Source: Candidatus Omnitrophota bacterium
Lineage (GTDB): Bacteria; Ratteibacteria; UBA8468; B48-G9; DTJG01
Assembly (NCBI GenBank): GCA_023484085.1
Contig: JAMDAS010000025.1
Span: forward strand, 1-56,146
Direction: 5' to 3'
Length of the DNA: 56,146 bases
Each line of letters starts with the position of its first letter. Position 1 is the first letter of the stretch. The translations under genes were made by a program, and so were the position numbers. Positions 49,401 to 56,146 of this stretch are shown here, piece after piece. The notes beneath the pieces are model-generated. The model had not been told where the DNA came from. It made no database searches and saw nothing but the letters and a program-made list of their open reading frames with translations.

Positions 49401-49988
49401 CTGGGATTTCCAGTGAACGTTGAAATACATAAAGTATCCCAACTTCTACGGTATATAAATGAGTTAAAGACACCTGGTGGATTATTGGTGGCACGGGGGA
49501 CAAAAGTCCAAAGTTCGGGTATTGAGGAATTTATTCCTGAAAACCATGCAGTGGAACTGTACATCCAGAAGCCGTTTACATCCCTGCCTTTGACGCTCCC
49601 TGTAAGAATTCAGGGTCTTAATCCACGGTGGTCAGCAGGATTGTTCCTGATAAAAGGGTATGGAGATTTTGGCACAGGAGAGAATCTATATCGTCCATTG
49701 GCAGTGAGCCGAACCGGGCATGCGTATATTCCAATGTATGTGGACTGGTCTACGGCAACATGGCTTGTTGCCGGCCAGCCGATAGTTGCGGGTAAACATG
49801 GAAAAAAACTTTTTATCCAGGTTACACGTCTCCAGGCTCACCCGGGAAAATGGTATGTTGCCGTTAATAACCCTACAAATAAAACAATTACCACTATTTT
49901 ACACCCGACAATGGATTTACCCGGCCTTGTATTTCATACTCAATTTATTACCTTGAAACCCGGGGAATATAGAGTGCTTCAACATTAA
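46449..49988 (+). CDS. Large secreted paralogue of 42928-46350
   Basis: Shared LKEECKKY, GF.IK...GNH..FFG, I.NGPKI, CSD and NNPTNKTITT motifs. Confidence 0.65.
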   Translation: MKRILAIGILLCLFSIGYVFGSNISSQKKPSILFCAPQAGYGWVDLGYLRQLTQKGFEVDYTTDLSQVTWNRIKHYNVLVIYVTPDAFAISDQGQRSFPEEKEKSFVNLIKKYLSHGGGVFLFPSETNITWGQHTKQQVSDLTNFLGAKVPVDLIVEKNPADVSAISHMSYGVSVAWTDNVFPTSVSQGVKGIWYPTQPAYFAQMTSPLWVNKDWQVVIRASKTAYLQPVNFNNATDVIKHPFILPAETPEPVLFAIRSYKTGRIAFMDQWRQFSIGAGTKWLYNNEVLSKGFKGRPSDFGRLLDNTFKWLAEPSLKNHTLGGYTTLMDKLIPPNYLSGVKKQYNGFNSHFVKNWVSRPNFLNYGRSSVPPHLYRGLIGVKTTFSTGKNTVRQYAQEAQKLGLNFLVFMDNFSQLTPVKFKQLKEECKKYSNDKLKLFAGFSIKNNIGNHMLFFGPHPAWPPDNVLTGHHKDIIYIQQENKKGQYTYPGVTPFIDWVLNNYSQYNQVAYYDFSGSKEGMKMHDLRLYGMAGLMYYKNGRLVENDTKDYLTTVQGAMPSVPASIDEVDSVRQLSNAVKENHYLTYVNADSLDNMFMSGLRWNNQYDGFDDFISNGPKILAWPACWRVITYGGEQFITAPNVMPSHILVTSKIGLKEIDIYNGQHLFRRIFLHGEKEFNKDLILNATIQKNLVLIAKDIAGHKAISFPRISRFEGDLAPVFCSDHENSYAGALLFSHGPAWFPLVRIPPLPNAGDTWDGGPLAVSPLTGNQSTVPVLDSSMGKEDGGRFNQIPLLNFSDEGAVGMEGVHKDVFDNRLLAVANTWNTCGPIAGPSKLFKYSQYYREWFRPTVDVPHTGWAGPQVGAGTTVSLFREVITFRKNLKVKSLLLGYNTGNQTNHGFLVIGTNKGMEQVDLSKPGNYKTFHLKKGDWFGYYNKQKQPANSALFINRGGPIYLQNNAPYVFIYADINNKQVKKGDIFIYELSTLGFPVNVEIHKVSQLLRYINELKTPGGLLVARGTKVQSSGIEEFIPENHAVELYIQKPFTSLPLTLPVRIQGLNPRWSAGLFLIKGYGDFGTGENLYRPLAVSRTGHAYIPMYVDWSTATWLVAGQPIVAGKHGKKLFIQVTRLQAHPGKWYVAVNNPTNKTITTILHPTMDLPGLVFHTQFITLKPGEYRVLQH

Positions 49989-50001
49989 TAAAAGGAGGAA
50001 T

Positions 50002-51576
50002 ATGGATTTCAATAAAAAAATTATTTTTTTATTGTTGATATTTTTATCCTGTAGTTTTTCATTATTTGCAGCATCAGTAAAAATAATCACTGGCAGAAAT
50101 GGTGAAAAACTGATAATCATGCAAAATAATCTTCTCAGATTGCAGATTGACCCAAATCATGGTGCGCGTGTGGAAGGTTTTCAATATAAACCATGGGGAA
50201 AAATTAATATTATCCAGGATAAAAACGGACAGGGTCTTCTTGCAGACCATTTCTGGCAGGAAAGCTGGCCAGGTCAGTTCTGGAATGCAAAATATAATTA
50301 TAAAATTCTCTCCAGAGGGCCTGCAGAAGTATCAGTTGGATTTAGTTGCCTTTCTCAAAATAACGGTATTCCCCAGGTTGCAGGTATTTTATTGGAGAAA
50401 ACAATAACCCTAAAAGAAAATGACAGGGTAATCATGGTGACAATCAGTTTAACCAATAAGACGTCTACCGGGAAATATGTAGGTTATTGGCTGCAGAACG
50501 TATGCTGGCTTGGTGGTGAAAAACCCGATAACTATTATTTCAGACCGGGTAAAACCGGGATTAACATAACATCTTCCAATGAAGCAAATCCTCCTGACGG
50601 CGGATTTTTACGGCATCCACAGGCCGGGTGGCTCGCAGGGATTGATAAAAAAACTAAAACAGGGCTGATTTTTTTTATGAATTATAATGAACTGTGGTTT
50701 CTGTATAATTGTACGGCCGCCTCTACAATAGAATGGCAGTATCAGGCAGTCGTAATCTCACCAGGCAGAACATGGCGGACGCATATAACCATTGTTCCTG
50801 TATCTGAAGTAAAATCATTAAGCGGAAATTCCATAAAAAAAGTTGTTCAATCCTTATCCGTTTATTCCATCAAAAGCCAGAAAAAGTTCACATTAGTTCT
50901 CAGGCCTGAAAAAATTATACGTATCATAAAACCCCAGCCGCACGTTCTTTTTCTTAAGGGGCTTTTTTCTCCCCAGTATCATATTGGAGAGGTATTAAAA
51001 CAGGTCTCCTCTTCTGTTAAAATAAAGGAAGGATACGTTTATGATTCAGTTTTTGGTTCCCATCTGGATTATTTCCCGTATAATTATGATGAGCTGATGA
51101 GTTATAATCTTGTAATAATAGGAGACGTAAGTGCAGAGTCTCTTGGAAATGCCGGTATGGAAATGTTAAAAGACTATTGTAAGTATGGAGGCAACATCCT
51201 GGTTCTTGGAGGACCTTGTGCGTATGGTGATGGCGGATACCAGAACACTATTCTGAACAGGATATTGCCTGTAATCAGTCAACGCCCTTTTGATTTACGG
51301 CGCAGCAAAAAGCATGAAAAAATTATCCTGTCTCCCAAAATCAGGGACATGTTTTCCAATAAAATCCCTGAACCGCAATATATCCATGATGTAACAGTCA
51401 AACCTGGTGCTGAAGTGCTGATGAGATATGGTTCATTACCCGTAATTGTATCAGGGCATTATGGAGAAGGTAGGATATTCTGCATTACTGCACCACCAAT
51501 GGGAAGACACAATATCTATAAAAATGCACAATGGCATAAAATATTAGTATATTTACTTAAACAGGCAGGTATATAA
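50002..51576 (+). CDS. Secreted galactose-mutarotase-like beta-sandwich plus GATase1-like domain protein
   Basis: Signal peptide, MQNNLLRLQIDPNHGARV, and C-terminal YNLVIIGDV...GGNILVLGGP.AYG.GGY...ILPV...YGEGRI. Confidence 0.65.
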   Translation: MDFNKKIIFLLLIFLSCSFSLFAASVKIITGRNGEKLIIMQNNLLRLQIDPNHGARVEGFQYKPWGKINIIQDKNGQGLLADHFWQESWPGQFWNAKYNYKILSRGPAEVSVGFSCLSQNNGIPQVAGILLEKTITLKENDRVIMVTISLTNKTSTGKYVGYWLQNVCWLGGEKPDNYYFRPGKTGINITSSNEANPPDGGFLRHPQAGWLAGIDKKTKTGLIFFMNYNELWFLYNCTAASTIEWQYQAVVISPGRTWRTHITIVPVSEVKSLSGNSIKKVVQSLSVYSIKSQKKFTLVLRPEKIIRIIKPQPHVLFLKGLFSPQYHIGEVLKQVSSSVKIKEGYVYDSVFGSHLDYFPYNYDELMSYNLVIIGDVSAESLGNAGMEMLKDYCKYGGNILVLGGPCAYGDGGYQNTILNRILPVISQRPFDLRRSKKHEKIILSPKIRDMFSNKIPEPQYIHDVTVKPGAEVLMRYGSLPVIVSGHYGEGRIFCITAPPMGRHNIYKNAQWHKILVYLLKQAGI

Positions 51577-51608
51577 TAACAAATTTTTCTAAAGAACAGG
51601 AGGAGATT

Positions 51609-53819
51609 ATGAATATACATAAATTTAAAAGGCTATATTTAGGACTGATTTTGTTTGCATCATTTGTAACATTATGTTCAGCACAACAAAAAGAAATATC
51701 TTCACAACCAGGGCAGACGTCCATTTCAAAGGCAAACCTGGCTGCTGGCGCGTACAACATAATCTTCAGATTGAAGATAAACAAAGAACAACAGAGTGTT
51801 ACTCCCTTGGCAACCCTGACTGTCAGTTCACCTGAATATCCAAACATTCTCTATAAATCAATAACTCCTATCAGATTTGTATCTGTCAACACAACGACAA
51901 AATTTCAATTCTTGTTTGATAATTTCAAAACCCAGGATATTACGGCGTCTGTAAATTTTATGAACAACAAAGTTCCTGTCCCTGAATTAAGTGTGGAAAA
52001 AATCACCATTGCACCTGTGGATAATCTTTGTGTAGCAACGGTCTGGCCCGGAAAGATTCTTTATTATAGACATGAAAATGCCAGTGGATTTGTGATTGTG
52101 TATAATGGCACCCGCCAGTATAAAACAATTATTCTGAAGTGTTTTCTTGAAAGCGGTATTGATAATGTAAAACCTTTGAAAACACAAAAACTCACCTTAG
52201 AGCCCAGAGAACGTATGCAGGTTCCTGTGAAATGGAACACAGGAAACAAGGAATATGGATTTGCTCTTGTGGGCAGTATTTATAATTTGAAAGGGAAAAA
52301 ACTCAGTGAAAACAAACAATATTTCAGTGTGGCAGATAATCTATGGAAGGTGGGTATGTATCTGCGCGGGCGGGGGACAGAAGTGCCATTTGGAGTTGGA
52401 GCCAATCAATCCATGCCTGTCAAATGGGTAAAAGAGCAGGAAAAAGCCCTTTCCAGTGAGCTGGCAAAACCGTTTGCGCCTGTGTATTGGAACTATGGCA
52501 ACTATGTTGAATTCTATGCATGGTCCCCGGACGATTTCTTCAACCTGTCTCCTGATACCGATTACTGGTACAGCGGAACAGGGAATTACACCATCGGGAA
52601 AAAATGGCTTCAGCTCAGCATAAAATGGCTGCACCGCAGGGGAATGCGGGCAATTTCGTACCTTAATCCATTTTCCTGTGGTTATGGCGGGAACAAGGTT
52701 TTACAAAAACATCCTGATTGGTTTGTCTATGATAAAAATGGACAGGTGACAACAGGCGGTAGTTATTATGAAAAAAAACTTGAAGTTGGGGAAGAAAACG
52801 GACCAAAGCAGCCATGGTATTTACAGCTTTCCCCTTATGCTTTGACGCTTTCTCCGGACATATCAACCATGGCGCCGATAAAGGCGCAGGTGGAACAGAT
52901 TATAAAATCACAGAAAATGTTTGGCTGGGATGGGGTTAGATTTGATAATGAGGTTTACGGTTCTTCCGGATACGATTTTTATGGCCACAAAATAGCAGAA
53001 AACCCGAAACAGGCAAGTCAGATGGAAATAAAAGCATGGGAATACATGAAAAACTCTTTATGGAAAAAGCTTGGCCATAAGTTTGTTATCGGTGATAATT
53101 TTGACTATTATGCCCGGCATCAACAACCACCCGGTGTATGGGAGGAAACCTGTAAAGATGGGCAATTACTTATGTGTGAAATGCCCCGTGGGTCTTATGA
53201 CCCACAAAGTCCCTGGAATAAATGGTCTGATTTTCTGAGTTATTTCAATAATGTGGGCAATATAGTGGATAGATTAGGCGGGTATCCTTTAATAATCGGG
53301 TTTGACAACCAGTACCCTGTAGACCATCTTTATCTGAATATTTTTACTTACGCAGCAAGATTACATCCTTATTGCTACCAGTATCATCCTGATGACCTGC
53401 CTTTTGGAAACTATGCCCAATTTGTGACCCGCTATAGTGCCTTAATCTGGGATATACATAGAATTAAACCTTTATCTACGGATAAAATTATTGAAGTAAA
53501 AAGTAATAAGCCAATCTGGTGGAAGGGCCTTGCATACGTGAGATTATCAAGTAATGGTAAGTCCCGGTATATCATCAATCTTATCAATCCGCCTGTCCGG
53601 AAAAAAATTTATACGGACCCTACGAATAGTGTTCCTTTTCCAATAGATAATATTCAGGTTATCTTAAAAGAAAAACCAGGGGAAAAGATTTCCAATGCTT
53701 ATCTGTTATCAGCAGAACCTGTTACACACATGAAAAAATTACCTGTTACTTCTGGAAATGGTTATGTTTCAGTAACAATACCAAAGATTTATTTCTGGAG
53801 TATGGTAGTATTTGAATAG
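51609..53819 (+). CDS. Secreted TIM-barrel glycoside hydrolase, GH66-like
   Basis: Signal peptide, Ig-like N-terminus, WLHRRGMRAISY, FGWDGVRFD and C-terminal VTIPKIYFWSMVVFE. Confidence 0.55.
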   Translation: MNIHKFKRLYLGLILFASFVTLCSAQQKEISSQPGQTSISKANLAAGAYNIIFRLKINKEQQSVTPLATLTVSSPEYPNILYKSITPIRFVSVNTTTKFQFLFDNFKTQDITASVNFMNNKVPVPELSVEKITIAPVDNLCVATVWPGKILYYRHENASGFVIVYNGTRQYKTIILKCFLESGIDNVKPLKTQKLTLEPRERMQVPVKWNTGNKEYGFALVGSIYNLKGKKLSENKQYFSVADNLWKVGMYLRGRGTEVPFGVGANQSMPVKWVKEQEKALSSELAKPFAPVYWNYGNYVEFYAWSPDDFFNLSPDTDYWYSGTGNYTIGKKWLQLSIKWLHRRGMRAISYLNPFSCGYGGNKVLQKHPDWFVYDKNGQVTTGGSYYEKKLEVGEENGPKQPWYLQLSPYALTLSPDISTMAPIKAQVEQIIKSQKMFGWDGVRFDNEVYGSSGYDFYGHKIAENPKQASQMEIKAWEYMKNSLWKKLGHKFVIGDNFDYYARHQQPPGVWEETCKDGQLLMCEMPRGSYDPQSPWNKWSDFLSYFNNVGNIVDRLGGYPLIIGFDNQYPVDHLYLNIFTYAARLHPYCYQYHPDDLPFGNYAQFVTRYSALIWDIHRIKPLSTDKIIEVKSNKPIWWKGLAYVRLSSNGKSRYIINLINPPVRKKIYTDPTNSVPFPIDNIQVILKEKPGEKISNAYLLSAEPVTHMKKLPVTSGNGYVSVTIPKIYFWSMVVFE

Positions 53820-53833
53820 GAGGAAATAATATT

Positions 53834-54922
53834 ATGAGAAAGTTTAAATTATTAGTTTTTATAGCAGGAGTATTATTTATATCTTTTTCTTTTGTTCATG
53901 CAGATGTTCTCACACAAAATCTGCTGCAAAATGGTGATTTTGGAAAAGCAGGTATTCCATTACCAGGGTGGAGTATAAATCTTTCACCTGGAGAAAGTTA
54001 TAAACTGACATCTGATGTTGTGATAGGAAAAAAAGCCCTTGAAATAGATTTACCTGTTGCCGGAAATGCAGATGTGATTTCTGCACCATCTCCTGTATCT
54101 GGTGGTGCTTCTTATCTTCTAATATTCTGGTATCATGCAAATGGCATGAGCACTAAAGGATGGACTTACCAGGGATGTAATTCATATTGTTCTATTATAT
54201 GGCAGGATGCAGGTGGAAAAGAAATAAAGAATACAAATGCCGTGGTCGGGTTACCATACGGGTCTGTAAAATATTATCAGCCTGCTACATTTACAACTAC
54301 TGCTCCAGAAAGGGCTGTGAAAGTTATTGTATCATTTAATATTGGGGTTGGGAAAGAGTATAAAGGACCCCCAACGTCCATCTTTATAGACGATATTCGT
54401 TTGATGAAATTAACAAAAGTCTCCATACCTGTAAAACCTGAAAAATGGGTATATTTACATCGCAATCTTAGTGCAGGATTAAAAATGGTAGAGGATAAGA
54501 ATGCAGAACATGGTCAGGCAATTATGGCTGCTCCTGGTGTAACTCCAAAATATACAGGATTGACATGGGGACAATACACAAAGGACCAGCCTGTGGGTGA
54601 ATATTTGGCCGTTTTCCGTCTGAAAGTAAAAAACAATACAAAGAAAGAACCTGTTGCCCAACTGGACGTTAATGATTTTGGAAATCTTAATGGTGAGATT
54701 GCAGAAAAAACGCTGTTTGCCACAGATTTTAAACATCCAGGGGTTTACCAGGATTTTACTCTCAGATTTGTGCGACCGGAAGCAGGAGTGCTGGAATTCA
54801 GGGTAATGTATCTTGGTACAACATCTCTTTCATTTGATAAAACCACAGTTATACAGCTGAAATCTTTAAAAACGGATAAGGAACAATTTGCTATCTGGTT
54901 CGGAAAAGGTTCTGTCAAATAA
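53834..54922 (+). CDS. Secreted tandem CBM-like beta-sandwich protein
   Basis: Signal peptide (VHA), NLLQNGDF...PGW...IFIDDIRL (CBM4/9/16-like), and a second sandwich (WGQY...GEYLAVFRLK). Confidence 0.65.
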   Translation: MRKFKLLVFIAGVLFISFSFVHADVLTQNLLQNGDFGKAGIPLPGWSINLSPGESYKLTSDVVIGKKALEIDLPVAGNADVISAPSPVSGGASYLLIFWYHANGMSTKGWTYQGCNSYCSIIWQDAGGKEIKNTNAVVGLPYGSVKYYQPATFTTTAPERAVKVIVSFNIGVGKEYKGPPTSIFIDDIRLMKLTKVSIPVKPEKWVYLHRNLSAGLKMVEDKNAEHGQAIMAAPGVTPKYTGLTWGQYTKDQPVGEYLAVFRLKVKNNTKKEPVAQLDVNDFGNLNGEIAEKTLFATDFKHPGVYQDFTLRFVRPEAGVLEFRVMYLGTTSLSFDKTTVIQLKSLKTDKEQFAIWFGKGSVK

Positions 54923-55158
54923 GAAATGAAATAAATATACCTGATAGCGAATTGCACAGTCACAGGAACAAAACAAGAAGAAAAGCGTCAGCGTTCGTGC
55001 AATCAGACTTTAGTCTCTTTGCAAAAACATGTTTGAACTCGCTGGCCGCAGTAGTATGCGGACAGGAGTGAGTTGTTTTTGGCACGATTTCTTTGTAGTT
55101 TTATCTGTGACAGAGCACCTGAGCGGACAGGTATATTTATTTCATTTTTGACAGAACC
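54908..55158. mobile_element. 251-bp MITE with 8-bp target-site duplication
   Basis: Ends GGTTCTGTCAAA / TTTGACAGAACC and inner IR AAATGAAATAAATATACCTG. TSD TCGGAAAA at 54900-54907 and 55159-55166. Confidence 0.9.
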
Positions 55159-55181
55159 TCGGAAAAATTTAGGAGGGTAAA

Positions 55182-55937
55182 ATGAAAAATAAAACGTTGA
55201 TCCACTTTATATTGGTCAAAGCACTGATTTTTGGGTTTCTATTTACCACCTGTGTTTCAAGTTATGCTCATGCCCGGGATACAATTCTTGTCCTTGCAGG
55301 ATTGGGTAATAAAACCTATCTGCCCGTCAAACTTCTACATGAGACATTTACTTTTAAATATTCGTATTTGGCAAGTCTTCAGACAGGATTTGTTCTTGAT
55401 AAGCCTTTTCCCCAGAACTTTAAAAAGTTGAAAGGCATTAAAATCATTATTATGGCAGACGTTCCTGCCAGCGCCTTGAATGGTTTGTTGGGAAGAATGG
55501 CATTATGGGAGTTTGTAAAACATGGTGGTGGACTCTTATATTTTGGAGGTCCCTTTGCTTTTGGTAAAGGAGATATCAGGGATTCTTTATTAGAATCTGT
55601 CCTTCCTGTAACAACGACTGGCCCATGGGATATGATAAAATCTCCGGGACATGTTAAAACAACGGGCTATTCCTCAATAACTGCAGAATTGGATTGGAGT
55701 AAAAACCCATATATATTTTATGAACAGAAAGTTAAACCGAAATCCGGTTCAAATACACTTTTACGATGCAATGGAACACCGGTTTTGATAACGGGCAGAT
55801 ATGGAAAAGGAAAGGTGGCAGTATTTACCGGCACGTATTTTGGAAATCTTCAAAAAAATAAAAATCATGTGTTTTTCTATAAATGGCAGGACTATCCCGA
55901 ATTACTTACCAGGATACTCAACTGGCTGCGGAACTGA
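55182..55937 (+). CDS. Secreted GATase1-like (DUF1355-type) protein
   Basis: Signal peptide (AHA), IIIMADVPA, FVKHGGGLLYFGGPFAFGKG, VLPV and YGKGKV. Confidence 0.7.
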   Translation: MKNKTLIHFILVKALIFGFLFTTCVSSYAHARDTILVLAGLGNKTYLPVKLLHETFTFKYSYLASLQTGFVLDKPFPQNFKKLKGIKIIIMADVPASALNGLLGRMALWEFVKHGGGLLYFGGPFAFGKGDIRDSLLESVLPVTTTGPWDMIKSPGHVKTTGYSSITAELDWSKNPYIFYEQKVKPKSGSNTLLRCNGTPVLITGRYGKGKVAVFTGTYFGNLQKNKNHVFFYKWQDYPELLTRILNWLRN

Positions 55938-56063
55938 ATCTATTTTCTCTAAGCCTTCACATTTCTTGTGTTAAAAAAAGTATCCATTAAGCCTGCCCCA
56001 TTGTCTTAATTTCTATCCCGCAAAATACTTATATCAGAATTTCAGGTGACACAACGCGTTGAC

Positions 56064-56092
56064 TTGACAGGGAAAAAATTATCATTTATAAT
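56064..56092 (+). promoter_or_regulatory. Consensus sigma70 promoter for a gene starting near 56130
   Basis: TTGACA, 17-bp spacer, TATAAT. An ATG at 56130 runs off the window. Confidence 0.75.
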
Positions 56093-56146
56093 TTTATAAT
56101 ATGTAAATTTTTTACATTGGGATGTATTTATGAAAATTGACTGTTT

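Noticed and set aside
50810-50880. Weak duplication SLSGNSIKK / SLSVYSIKS at a domain junction
   Set aside because: Too short and degenerate to separate from chance.

Overview
AT-rich bacterial window with three zones. The DUF1559/H-X9-DG prepilin-like genes suggest a PVC-superphylum or candidate-phylum organism (inference). (1) 1-14.2 kb is a decaying defence/mobile island. It holds a type I R-M operon (hsdM'-hsdS-DUF262/GmrSD-hsdR), a truncated tyrosine-recombinase-like ORF preceded by a candidate invertible promoter, a complete IS21 element with no target duplication, a GH18 fragment, XRE/ImmA-IrrE modules and a tRNA-Ser(TGA) whose 3' end is duplicated around a small structured element. 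(2) 14.3-23.8 kb holds a GH172/DUF2961 gene and a cobinamide-salvage operon (cobQ-btuC-btuD-cobU-cobT). A 2665-bp glycosidase-like cassette sits inside it between exact 20-bp direct repeats. (3) 23.9-56 kb holds two tandem, similarly built carbohydrate-utilisation loci. Each has a GntR/LacI regulator, type IV pilin-like H-X9-DG (DUF1559) protein(s) and a pair of very large secreted paralogues, and neither contains a sugar transporter gene. This pilin-associated glycan-utilisation locus is the best candidate for an undescribed system. Between the two loci a ~150-bp 'ghost' reproduces the 2.7-kb left arm of locus A after serial microhomology deletions. A 251-bp MITE with an 8-bp target duplication and several short repeat families are also visible. 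No CRISPR array or rRNA was seen.
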